This document shows, piece after piece, positions 51,092 through 60,911 of a stretch of 64,000 nucleotides of DNA. This DNA is from Methanomassiliicoccaceae archaeon (GTDB lineage Archaea > Thermoplasmatota > Thermoplasmata > Methanomassiliicoccales > Methanomassiliicoccaceae). The DNA is taken from the NCBI GenBank assembly GCA_963728405.1, contig CAVSJV010000003.1:192001-256000 (forward strand), in the 5' to 3' direction. Numbering within the stretch: position 1 is the stretch's first letter; every line of letters begins with the position of its first letter. The position numbers were made by a program, and so were the translations under genes. Below the pieces are notes generated by a model. The model was not told the DNA's origin. It did not search any database and saw only the letters and a program-made list of their open reading frames with translations.

Positions 51092-51682
51092 TCAAGCCTG
51101 GATCAGGGCGAATCCGATGTTGAAGGTGCAGGTATCCCCCATTATCTCATTTCCCACCGCATCGTAGTCGATGGAGTACGAGATGCTAAGGTAGGTGGTG
51201 GCACTGTGCGCAAGGGAGCCCAGGTCCCAGGAAGTGGTGGCGCCGCTGAGCTTCCCACTATACTTCACAGAGTCGGTGGCTGAATCAAAGACCCCATTCC
51301 CATTGACGTCCACAAAGATGGTGATGGCCATGGCATCAGCTAGCTCACCATTGTCAGGGGTCGGCTCCGGTTCAGGGGTGGCCCCAGGACCGTTGACGAT
51401 CGAGGTGATCTGTCCAGTAAGTGTGCCATCGATTGATCCAGCGTTGGTGAGCGTGATTGTGCTGACACCGGTGGAGCCAGGCTTCATGTCCGTGGCAGTG
51501 AAGGCGACCCCAGAGGGGGCCGCGGTCGACAGGGTCAGGTCCAGTGTTCCGGCGGTGAACGAGTTGCCGGTGCTGGTCTCGGTGTCGTTAAAATATGCAT
51601 ATATGGCGCCGCTGCTGAACACGCCCACGATCGCCACCGCTATCAAAGCTATCGCTAATTTTTTCTTTATCATTTTTCCCAT
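51092..51682 (-). CDS. TasA/camelysin family protein with SipW-dependent signal peptide
   Basis: GAIYAYFNDTETSTGNSFTAGTLDL, MKPGSTG..LTNAGSIDG, NEIMGD; probable start MGKMIKKK. Confidence 0.9.
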   Translation of the reverse strand: MGKMIKKKLAIALIAVAIVGVFSSGAIYAYFNDTETSTGNSFTAGTLDLTLSTAAPSGVAFTATDMKPGSTGVSTITLTNAGSIDGTLTGQITSIVNGPGATPEPEPTPDNGELADAMAITIFVDVNGNGVFDSATDSVKYSGKLSGATTSWDLGSLAHSATTYLSISYSIDYDAVGNEIMGDTCTFNIGFALIQA

Positions 51683-51873
51683 CCCTTTTTCGGGGGTGCG
51701 ATACCCATCGCTCCGTGCACCCCGCTGCGCCAAAGAATAACGGAGGACAATATAATTGTTATCATCAACGATATAAAATAATAAGGCCACGCATTATAAT
51801 ACTCATTGAGCGACCATGGCCCATCGTAATCTCGTACGATATTTGGAATATATCTATGAATTTCGTATGAATA

Positions 51874-52413
51874 TTATAATTTATAGGCGATAGCCCCTAC
51901 CACGACGCCCATGGCGGTACAGGTCTCCAGGGAAAAGCCTCCAGGAGTAATGTCCATGTGGTGCCGGGTCATCTCGAAGACCTCCTTGGGCGCGCCCTTG
52001 GGACCGAGACCGAACACCACCATCACGCTCTGCCCCTTGCGCAGCAAGGCGGCCACCTCGTCCAATGACATCTTCTTTCCTGGTTCCGGCTTTCTTGTCG
52101 TCAGGACCACCTCGCCCAATTGAGGGGGGAACCCCTTGTTAGGATATGGGAAGGTCTGGAACCGCCCCTTGGCAGTCAGCTCCTTGAGGAAACCGCCGTG
52201 TTCCCCGATGGACGTGGTCGTGGCAACCCAATCGGCGATCTCCTGAGGAGTGGTAAGCTCCGGGGGGAAGGGAAAGCCGAACGTGGCGAGGTTGAAGTCG
52301 AATGCCAGGGCTAGGGGTCCGGCCCTGGCCAGCGCCCTACGGTGGGCCTCGCGGAAGCTCTTGGGGTCATAGGAATTATAAAGCGCTATGGTCGGTCGGC
52401 CGAGGCGAGACAT
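51874..52413 (-). CDS. DUF531 family (SPOUT-like) protein
   Basis: LYNSYD..EAHRRALARA, FPPQLG, GLGPKG, SLETCTAMG. Confidence 0.85.
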   Translation of the reverse strand: MSRLGRPTIALYNSYDPKSFREAHRRALARAGPLALAFDFNLATFGFPFPPELTTPQEIADWVATTTSIGEHGGFLKELTAKGRFQTFPYPNKGFPPQLGEVVLTTRKPEPGKKMSLDEVAALLRKGQSVMVVFGLGPKGAPKEVFEMTRHHMDITPGGFSLETCTAMGVVVGAIAYKL

Positions 52414-52868
52414 GGTACCGTAGCAGGGAAGTGGGCGGAGGTCAAAAATGTTTAGTTGGTCTCCAGGGACACCTGCTCGATTCCTTTCAAGACTGTCCCC
52501 CTCCCACGCGTACTTCAGGCGCTTACGGTCCTTCCACGCCCCTTTCTGGAACCAGAGGGCAATTAGTGCACGGCCGATAGAATGTTCGCGGAGCTCAAAG
52601 CGTCAACAAGCGATGAGGTCTTGTAGTGATGAAAATCCCCTGGGCCGGCAGAAGTCCAGGTATGGTGTGGCCCCGATTGACACGATACGGCCCATGATGA
52701 CCAGGCGTATCATGACAGCTTCCGTACACCGGACGCCCTCTCGATCCAAGGCCATTGATCATTTGGTCAATATGCACCTAATATGGCTTTACCCAGATGA
52801 TCGACGACATGATGAAAAAGGAGAGAAAGAAGGGAAGGGGCCCACCGTGATGGGCTTTCGGGCCGCGC

Positions 52869-53897
52869 TCAATCCTGTTCTTGGTCGAGCATCTTGGCCC
52901 ATGCGTACCGCTTGCGCGCCTTGAGGTTGACGTTGTGGTAAACATAGCTGAAGATCAGCGGAACAACCGTGGTCGCCTCGGCGTACACCATCTGCTCGTA
53001 GGTCGTCTCGACCTTTCCCCAGGAGCTCGCTTCCTTCAGCGTAGAGGATGAGCACGCACCGTCGCGAACGTCCGCAACGGTGATCTGGACCGCGTACTGG
53101 TGCATCGGGACGTCCTTGCCCAGGCATTCCGCACAGACGACCGTGTCCTGTGCGAAGTTCTTTGGGACGCCTCCGCCCACCATGAACAGGCCCGATGTCT
53201 TGGCCTCCATCTTGATACGAGTGAGCTCATAGAAGTCCTTCACCGAGTCGATGGAGATATGCTCCTTGCGATTGGCGGCCTGGTGCATTACCAGGCCGAA
53301 CCCGGCGCTGGAATCGGAGAAGGCAGGACAGAAGATAGGGACGTTGTGCTTGAATGCCAGCTCGACCAGCGAGTTCTTCTTCTTGGCATTCTTGGTCAGC
53401 CACCGACCCATCTCGCGGATGAACTCCCGCGACGAATAGGGTCTCGGCTCCAGTCCATCAGCTATCGTCTTGATGGTAGAATCACAGTGCTGAAGTTCTT
53501 CCTCATCGATGTAGGTGTCGTAGATACGGTCGACGTAGTTCTTGCGCAGCATGTGGTCATCGACGAAAGGCGTCCCCTGGTAGTGCTTGTAACCAAGTGC
53601 TTCGAAGAAGTCCATGTCGACTATCGAAGCGCCGGTGGCCACGACTGCGTCGATCATGTTGTGCTTGATCATGTCGGCGTAGACATTCATGCATCCGCCA
53701 GCGCTGGTGCTCCCTGCGAGGGTGAGCATGGTAGTGCAGTCCTTGTCCTCCAGCATCCGCCTGAGGATATCGGCTGCGCGGGCAGTATCGCGAGAGGTGA
53801 ACGACATCTCGCGCATGCTGTCTATTATCGGTGTGGAATCGAACTTGGTTGCATCCACCTGCTTGACAACTCTCTTCAGGAGGTCTTTCTTCTTCAT
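52869..53897 (-). CDS. Deoxyhypusine-synthase-like protein, bacterial SpeY type
   Basis: MSFTSRDTARAA, CPAFSDSSAG, GGGVPKNFAQD, DGACSSSTLKEASSWGKV. Confidence 0.85.
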   Translation of the reverse strand: MKKKDLLKRVVKQVDATKFDSTPIIDSMREMSFTSRDTARAADILRRMLEDKDCTTMLTLAGSTSAGGCMNVYADMIKHNMIDAVVATGASIVDMDFFEALGYKHYQGTPFVDDHMLRKNYVDRIYDTYIDEEELQHCDSTIKTIADGLEPRPYSSREFIREMGRWLTKNAKKKNSLVELAFKHNVPIFCPAFSDSSAGFGLVMHQAANRKEHISIDSVKDFYELTRIKMEAKTSGLFMVGGGVPKNFAQDTVVCAECLGKDVPMHQYAVQITVADVRDGACSSSTLKEASSWGKVETTYEQMVYAEATTVVPLIFSYVYHNVNLKARKRYAWAKMLDQEQD

Positions 53898-54184
53898 GGG
53901 TGTCCACTCGACCTTTCGACGGGGGCATCAACAGACCGCCTGGCGAGCCCTGTTGAGGTCATCGACATTCCGTCGCTCTGAGCGTGATGATTTTTAGAAT
54001 ATAAAACTTAGCCTAGGTCGTGCATAACTTCGGTGCGCCGGAACATGATGCTGGATGGGTTCGATGTTGTCCCGTTGCACAAATGCCGACCTCGTTCAAA
54101 GGAACGACACGTTCGTGGGTGCGTCAGGTAGAGGGGCAACTGGTCGTCGAGCGCTAAGAGAGGCAGCCTGATGATCATTTCGAT

Positions 54185-54355
54185 TCAGTGCTGTTCGGCC
54201 TGTTTCCGGGGTCGGCTGCAGATGGCATAGATGTCCCCGTCGAAGAATACATCCAGCTCAGGGTGCTCGGCCTGTATCTCCTCGATCTTCTTGAGCACCT
54301 CGCGGAGCGTCAAGTCGCTTTTCTTATCGATCTTGACGTGTATCTGCTTCTCCAT
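54185..54355 (-). CDS. 56-aa small protein absent from the ORF track
   Basis: MEKQIHVKIDKKSDLTLREVLKKIEEIQAEHPELDVFFDGDIYAICSRPRKQAEQH; AGGAG RBS; host-like codon usage. Confidence 0.75.
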   Translation of the reverse strand: MEKQIHVKIDKKSDLTLREVLKKIEEIQAEHPELDVFFDGDIYAICSRPRKQAEQH

Positions 54356-54576
54356 TCGCAAAACTCCTGGCCACGACTAAACTTTCCCTATTGAATGAGC
54401 CTGTCGGTATTTATGACTTTGTTTTCTGCTGTCCTGGCCGCTGACATACTGGGTGGTTCGGCCTCCGACCCTCATGACGGGCGGCGGTCGATCTTCCAGA
54501 GATAGCTCAATCGGGGCGAAATTGTTAATAGCTTCCTTGTTGGTTCCAGCTTGACCTAGGTCGAACAGGTGCATAT

Positions 54577-56412
54577 TTGCCCCGAAAGAAGAAGGCGAGG
54601 GAGGCCAACCCCCCTCAGGCCGAGGGTAGTTCTCTCGCATTGGTCCCAGGTTCAGGGGAAGCTGCCGCAGCCCAAGCTGAGGAGCTTCGCAAATGGATGG
54701 CCGGAGAGTCGACCATACTGGCATGGCTGGAGGAGGACCCCGCTCAGCAGCCCACTTTCTATACTGACGCCCTGGACGTACTGGACCTCGACCCGGAGCT
54801 GAAGGAGCGGGTGGCGAAATACGAGGAGGAGATCGCCTCGCTCCGGCGGAGGCTGGAGAGCGCCGGGGACGGCGCCGGTCCTGGGGTAGGCCAGGAGAAC
54901 ATCAGGTTGAAGGTCGAGCTGGACCGGCTGACCAAGGCCAATGGCGAGCTGCGGGACCGCACGGTGTCCACCGCCCCTGAGGCGCTCAAGGAAAGGGAGA
55001 CGACCCTGCGGGACAAGGAGGCCGAGCTGGAGCTGAGAGAGAAGGCCCTGAGCCTGGGCGGCGGGGACGGCGCCGATATGTTGGAGCGGTACCGGGCCGA
55101 GCTCAGAGAGAAGCAGGCCGAGGCCAGGAGCAGGGAAGGCGATCTCGCGGTGAAGATCGAGCAGCTCGAGAGGGAGCTGAAGACCCGGGAGATCGAGATC
55201 AAGCTCCGCGAGGACGAGCTCAAACTGGCCAAGATGTCCAAGCCCGAGGCGAGCAAGGAGATAGAGGAGAAGCTCCGTGGGTTCCAGGAGAAAGAGAGGA
55301 GGATCCTGGAGCTTCAGGACACCATCAGCCGGCTGAAGGACCTGCTGACCGAGCGAGAGGACGAGCTGAAGGGCCTAAAGGAGATCATCAGCTACAAGGA
55401 GCAGGAGCTCTCCCGTCGAGAGGAGGACCTGCTCTTCCGCGAGCGCAAGATCACCGAGGAGAAGCGCCGTCTAGAGGACACCAGGCGCTCCACGGGTGGA
55501 CTGGAGGAAGCCGAGCTCAAGAAGCGCCTGGAGGAGCTGCGGGCCGAGGTCGACAAGCGGGAGCGGGAGATCAAGGCCAAGGAGGACTTCCTCCGGAACA
55601 AGGAGGCGGAGCTCCGCAAGAGGGAGCAGGGCGCCATCGAAGAGGAGCTCAAGCATAAGGACGAGGATATCGCCATCGAGGTGGAGGCGGCCAAAGCTAA
55701 GACCGGCAACCCCCGCCTGGACGACCTCCTGCTGGGGGGCATACCGTTCGGCTCCAACGTTCTCGTCTACGGCCCGCCCTTCGTAGGGAAGGAAACGATG
55801 GTCGACCAGTTCATCGCCGAGGGTCTGAAGAAGGGCATCCCGGCCATCTGGGTCTCCACTGATAAGACCACTGCCGATCTCCGGGAGGAGATGAAGCTGG
55901 TGCTGCCGGCCTACGAGGACTACGAGGCCCTGGGCCTGGTACGATACATTGACTCATACTCCCGCAGCATGGGCGACACCACCGAGGACAAGTACACCGC
56001 GTACATCGACGAGCCGACCGCCCATGACAAGCTCATGGACGCGGTGGAAGACGCCGCTAAAGCTTTCAAGGAGAAGCATGAGTACTACCGCCTGGCCTTC
56101 CGGACCATCTCCACCCTGATCGCGTACTCGGACCCCAACACCGCCTTCCGTTTCCTCTCCCCGTTCGCCGGTCGCCGCAAGAGGGACCGAGCCGTATCCA
56201 TGTACACTATCGAGAAGGGCATGCATGGAGACCAGGAGATCCAGATGCTCGGCTCGATCATGGACGGCATGATCGACTTCAAGATCGATCAGCTACGGAC
56301 GTTCTTCATGGTGCGGGGCATCACCGACGTGCAGTCCCGGTCCTATGTAAGATATAACGCCACCCGCCACGGCCTGAGCATTGGCTCGTTCGCCCTTGAC
56401 CATATAAAGTAA
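54577..56412 (+). CDS. KaiC/RAD55-like ATPase with a long N-terminal coiled coil
   Basis: About 300 aa of E/K/R heptads, then TGNPRLDDLLLGGIP, YGPPFVGKE, IDSYS. Confidence 0.85.
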   Translation: MPRKKKAREANPPQAEGSSLALVPGSGEAAAAQAEELRKWMAGESTILAWLEEDPAQQPTFYTDALDVLDLDPELKERVAKYEEEIASLRRRLESAGDGAGPGVGQENIRLKVELDRLTKANGELRDRTVSTAPEALKERETTLRDKEAELELREKALSLGGGDGADMLERYRAELREKQAEARSREGDLAVKIEQLERELKTREIEIKLREDELKLAKMSKPEASKEIEEKLRGFQEKERRILELQDTISRLKDLLTEREDELKGLKEIISYKEQELSRREEDLLFRERKITEEKRRLEDTRRSTGGLEEAELKKRLEELRAEVDKREREIKAKEDFLRNKEAELRKREQGAIEEELKHKDEDIAIEVEAAKAKTGNPRLDDLLLGGIPFGSNVLVYGPPFVGKETMVDQFIAEGLKKGIPAIWVSTDKTTADLREEMKLVLPAYEDYEALGLVRYIDSYSRSMGDTTEDKYTAYIDEPTAHDKLMDAVEDAAKAFKEKHEYYRLAFRTISTLIAYSDPNTAFRFLSPFAGRRKRDRAVSMYTIEKGMHGDQEIQMLGSIMDGMIDFKIDQLRTFFMVRGITDVQSRSYVRYNATRHGLSIGSFALDHIK

Positions 56413-56428
56413 AAGATAAGGGAAAGGG

Positions 56429-56860
56429 TCAGGCGAACTCTGGACCCGAGGGGGCCCGGGGCGCCGGTCCGGCCTTCTTCTCTATGTTGATGCGCGGGAG
56501 CGGGAAGGGCGGCGGCAACCGGATATCGCGAGCGATGAGCAGTGCGGTGGGGATGCAGTTAGAGACGACGATGTTGTGGACAACGTTCGCGGTCTCGTTG
56601 GGCATGGAGCCGGTGGCGGTCCACTCCTTCATCAGCTCGTCCACGTCCCCCTCCAGCAGCACGCTGCCTTCGATCTTAATGAAGCCCATGCCAACGTAAT
56701 TGATGGTGAAACGGAACTCCACCGTGGCCGTGCGGTCGGAAGCGCGGTTTATCTGGGTGACAGTGCTGTTATGATCGATACGTACGTTAGCCACGTGCTC
56801 TCCCGGACGGGAGAACCGCTTGGCCTCGATGGTGTTGGTCTCAAAGCCCATGAGTTGCAT
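56429..56860 (-). CDS. Conserved archaeal hypothetical protein (possible SecB-like fold)
   Basis: Beta-rich N-terminus FRFTINY..IKIEG, a helix, then IRLPPPFPLPRI. Confidence 0.7.
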   Translation of the reverse strand: MQLMGFETNTIEAKRFSRPGEHVANVRIDHNSTVTQINRASDRTATVEFRFTINYVGMGFIKIEGSVLLEGDVDELMKEWTATGSMPNETANVVHNIVVSNCIPTALLIARDIRLPPPFPLPRINIEKKAGPAPRAPSGPEFA

Positions 56861-56936
56861 CTTAGCGCCTTTCGAGCAATGACCTGTCCGGCTATTAGAG
56901 ATTTGCCTGACCATCGGGTATGAAAAAGAGATGGAG

Positions 56937-57009
56937 TGCCGCAGGCCGGACTTGAACCAGCGACTTCAAGATCTTCAGTCTTGCACTCTCCCAGCTGAGT
57001 TACTGCGGC
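56937..57009 (-). tRNA. tRNA-Phe(GAA)
   Basis: GCCGCAG acceptor stem, anticodon arm CAAGA-CTGAAGA-TCTTG, GGTTCAAGTCC T arm; no intron, no encoded CCA. Confidence 0.96.
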
Positions 57010-57181
57010 GTCGAGAGTCTGTAAAGGCCCCGCCTATAATAAATTTACCTAACCAACGTGAATAGTTAGAAGGGTCCGGATATCCGATTATTTTTATTAT
57101 TATGGTTTCTTACGAGCCAGTTAGAAGGTTTTAAGACCTCACCGACCTTTTCCCATCGTCGGATTGGGGAGTATAGATAAA

Positions 57182-58114
57182 ATGTCGGTACCAGTGCGCA
57201 CTAGAGCCCTGAAAATGTCGAGCAGGCTGTCTTTTCTGAGGAAGGACCAGCAGGGCGTCGCCTCGACCATAGGCACCATCATGGCGCTACTGGTTTTTTT
57301 GGCATTCATGGCCATGATCACCAACAGCTACGTTCCCGCCTGGATGCTGGACAATGAGCGTTCGCACATGAACCAAGCCATTGACCAGTTCGGCGATCTC
57401 AAGGGCAAGGTGGACGGCATGATCAACCAGCAGCGGGTCACCGGGGACAACTCCATGAAGATGTATGCTCCCATGACCATGGGCGCACAGGGCGTCCCGT
57501 TGTTCGCCGCTCCCACCGTTGGCTTACTTAGTTACATGCCCCAAGGCTCCAATGCTACCGGCATCCATGTCTGGTTCAGCTACACCACCTCCACCTCCAC
57601 CATCCCGGTCGATGTGACCGGCGGCGGCAAGGTCGAGCTGTACGTTCCTAACCGTTACTACGTGCAGCAATGGATCGGCTATGAGAACGGAGCCATCATT
57701 GTCAAGCAGGAGGACGGCCAGGCCATTCGCGCCTTCCCTAACCTGGACATATCAAAGATCGGGAACAGCATCAACGTAGCGTTCACCGAGGTGGATCTCA
57801 TCGGAACGAACCAGTCCCTGACCGGTTCGGACTCGGTCGGCTTCAGCCTAGACCTCGTATACATCGATGCCCAGACGTACACTGTGGGCGGGGACTTCAA
57901 GTGGCACCTGACCACCACAACGACCTATGGAGAGGCCTGGTGGAAATATTTCAATGAGACCATGGCCGAGGCCAACCTGATCCCCTCGACCGATTACACG
58001 CTCCTGATGACCGCCCTGCCCAACGGCGCCTCGATCATCGACCTGACCTTGAACAACTGCGGCCAAATGAACTACAACCGCGCGTATGTCAGCATGACCT
58101 TGCTGACCTCCTGA
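57182..58114 (+). CDS. Type IV pilin-like protein with class III signal peptide
   Basis: RKDQQG/VASTIGTIMALLVFLAF, YVPAW..E..HM, NRYYVQQ..YENGAII. Confidence 0.8.
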   Translation: MSVPVRTRALKMSSRLSFLRKDQQGVASTIGTIMALLVFLAFMAMITNSYVPAWMLDNERSHMNQAIDQFGDLKGKVDGMINQQRVTGDNSMKMYAPMTMGAQGVPLFAAPTVGLLSYMPQGSNATGIHVWFSYTTSTSTIPVDVTGGGKVELYVPNRYYVQQWIGYENGAIIVKQEDGQAIRAFPNLDISKIGNSINVAFTEVDLIGTNQSLTGSDSVGFSLDLVYIDAQTYTVGGDFKWHLTTTTTYGEAWWKYFNETMAEANLIPSTDYTLLMTALPNGASIIDLTLNNCGQMNYNRAYVSMTLLTS

Positions 58115-58123
58115 GGTGCTAAA

Positions 58124-59872
58124 ATGCAAGAGGCTGAACCACGAGTGAAGGGAAGCGCCAAGACCGCCCAGACCGCTCCGGCCTCATCGAAGGAGAGCAC
58201 CCGGGACAAAGTGAGGGATGGTTATCTCAAGTTCCTCCGCCGAGTGGTCCCCAACCGAGCTACCAGGGTTCGATTGTCCACCATCGAGGTAGAGCAACGC
58301 ATCGAATGGTCCAAAGGCCGAGGGTCGGTGGTCACTGAGATCCCCAAGATCGAGAACCCGTCGATCGAGACGATAGAGGTCTATCCGGTCCTGGAACCGT
58401 TCGCCTATACACGTATCACATACAACAACGAAACAAGCGAGTACTTCCTGGAAGCGCTGGAGCCAAAGCTTTCCCCGGACGATGAGAAGCTCCTGCTCCT
58501 GATCAAGGATACCTTGGGCCGGACACTGGGCTACGAGTGGGACAAGTTCACCACCCTGGACAAGAAGGAGTACCTGGTGGAGAGCGTCGAATCGTACATC
58601 CACAGCCGGGGTGTAAAGGTCAACCCACTGCTCAGGAAAAAGCTCAACTACTACATTCTGCGCGATTTCGTCGGGTACGGCAAGGTTGACATCCTAATGC
58701 GGGATGAGAACGTCGAGGATATCTCCTGCGATGGGGTCGGCATCCCGCTCTTCGTCTTCCACCGCAAGTACGGCAACCTCAAGAGCGCTCTGGTCTTCGA
58801 CGACGAGGACGCCCTGAACTCATAAGTGGTCTCGCTCGGCCAGAGAGGGGGCAAGCAAATCTCGGTCTCCAACCCCATCCTAGATGGTACGACCCCCGAG
58901 GGGCACCGTGTCAATGCGACGTACTCCCGGGAGGTAAGCACGAAAGGCTCGACCTTCACCATTCGACGGTTCAAGGACAAGCCCTGGACCCCCGTCGACC
59001 TGGTGAAGACCAAGACGGCCAGCCCAGAGATGGTGGCGTACTTCTGGCTGGGAGTGGAGAACGGCGAGTCCATGATCATCTGCGGCGGCACCGCTTCCGG
59101 AAAAACGTCCACGCTCAATTCCATCGCCCTGTTCATCCCTCCCGGGGCGAAGATCGTCACCATGGAGGATACCAGGGAGATCAATCTCCCCCACATGAAC
59201 TGGATCCCTGGCACCACTCGGTCGGGAGTAGGCGAAAGGGGACCGGACGGCAAGACGCCCGGTGAGATCGATATGTACGACCTCATGCGCGCCTCCCTCC
59301 GTCAGCGGCCGAACTACATCATCGTCGGTGAGGTCAGGGGCAAGGAGACCTACACCATGTTCCAGGCCATGGCCACGGGCCATACGACCTATTCGACCAT
59401 GCATGCCGATTCGGTGCAGTCGATGGTCAACAGGCTGGAGAACCAGCCCATCAACTGCCCCCGTATCCTGCTGACCGCCCTGCGCAATGTCATCATCCAA
59501 TCCCAGGTAAGGGTAGGACAGGACCTGGCCCGACGGATGAAACAGGTCATCGAGATCGTCGGTTTCGAGCCGGACACCAACGAACTGATCTCCAACACCG
59601 TCTATGAATGGGACCAGGCCACCGACCGCTTCGTGTACAAGGGCCACAGCTTCCTGTTTGACAAGATCATGGAGATGAAGAACCTCACCCACGATGAGAT
59701 GATGAGCGAGTTCACCCGGCGAGTGGACCTCATCAAGTACATGGTGTACCGGGATATCACCGACCACCGCAAGATCTGGGAGCTAATCAATCAATATTAC
59801 AAGGACCAGGAGAAGACCATCAAGAGGGTCCGCCGGGAGCTGCAGGAAGGGGGGATAGCTGTTGTCGCCTGA
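58124..59872 (+). CDS. Type IV pilus/T2SS assembly ATPase with in-frame TAA at 58823-58825
   Basis: EDISCDG, GGTASGKT, VGEVRG, TGH; ORFs 58124 and 58826 are in the same frame. Confidence 0.85.
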
Positions 59873-60902
59873 GATCTCCGACTCATTCACCAAGTTCGAT
59901 TCTAAGAAAAAGAGCTATATGAAGACCAAGCGGACCTCGGAGCATACCACGAAGTGGGGCCCCCACCTGGTCAAGCTGCCCGAAGGCGTCCTCCCCGACT
60001 ACATCGAGCTCACGTCATACGAGATGTTCTGCTGGCGGACCATGGGCAAGGCCGTCAAGTTGCGGGCCAAGCCCAACCCCAAGCTGGAACAGCAACTGCT
60101 CCAGGCCCATCTCAGGATGAGGCCGGAAGAATACCTGGCCTACGTCTGGATGAGCACATTGCTGGTCTTCGTGGGATTCCTCGCTACGGCCTCGCTGTTC
60201 GGCGGTGTGCTCTTGGCCTTCCTGCACGTCTCAGCAGCCCTGGTGCTGGTGTTCTTCATCATTCTGGTGATGCTTCCTCCGATGATGACCTTCATGGTGC
60301 TTTTATCGCTCCCAGGCTCCAAGGCCAAGACCCGAGCACGGGACATCAACAAGCGCATCGGACCGGCCATGAGCTTCATCTCCGCCATGGCGTCCGCGGA
60401 CGTCAACATCGATGTCATATTCAAGGAGCTGGCCAAGCAGGACATTTATGGCCAGATCAAGAACGAGGCCGAATGGATCACCAGGGACACCGAGCTCCTG
60501 GGGATCGATATCCTCACCGCTATAAACCTAGCCGCTCAGCGCACTCCATCCATCAAGTTCCAGGAGTTCCTGCAGGGGGTGGTGACCTCGTCCACCTCCG
60601 GAGGACAGCTAAAGCCGTACTTCCTGCAGAAGGCCGAGCAGTTCGAAAAGGAGGGCAAACTGGAGATGCGGTCCCAGCTGGAGACCCTCGGCCTGATGGC
60701 CGAATCGTTCGTAACCGTAGTGGTGGCATTCCCGCTTTTCTTGGTGGTCATCATGGCAATCATGGCCATTGTGCCGGGCGGGGGCGGCGGCTCGTCGACC
60801 ACGGTGCTGCTGCTTGAATTGGTCATAGGACTGATGATCCCGTTCTCCCAGTTCGGGTTCATATTCTTCATTTGGAACATGACCCATGAGTCGTCGCTGT
60901 GA
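59862..60902 (+). CDS. TadC/T2SS-F family platform protein
   Basis: YGQI..EA..I.RD.ELLG.D, RTPS.KFQEFLQG, LETLGLMAESF. Confidence 0.88.
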   Translation: MSPEISDSFTKFDSKKKSYMKTKRTSEHTTKWGPHLVKLPEGVLPDYIELTSYEMFCWRTMGKAVKLRAKPNPKLEQQLLQAHLRMRPEEYLAYVWMSTLLVFVGFLATASLFGGVLLAFLHVSAALVLVFFIILVMLPPMMTFMVLLSLPGSKAKTRARDINKRIGPAMSFISAMASADVNIDVIFKELAKQDIYGQIKNEAEWITRDTELLGIDILTAINLAAQRTPSIKFQEFLQGVVTSSTSGGQLKPYFLQKAEQFEKEGKLEMRSQLETLGLMAESFVTVVVAFPLFLVVIMAIMAIVPGGGGGSSTTVLLLELVIGLMIPFSQFGFIFFIWNMTHESSL

Positions 60903-60911
60903 GGTGAGGAA

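Noticed and set aside
52440-52860. Short ORFs between DUF531 and the DHS-like gene
   Set aside because: No motifs, RBS or codon bias to support any frame.
56937-57009. tRNA-Phe as an integration site
   Set aside because: No integrase nearby and no duplicated tRNA 3' end seen in the window.
58823-58825. Pyrrolysine or selenocysteine readthrough in the pilus ATPase
   Set aside because: The codon is TAA, not TAG or TGA, and aligns to Tyr in the paralog. I saw no convincing in-frame amber readthrough elsewhere in the window.
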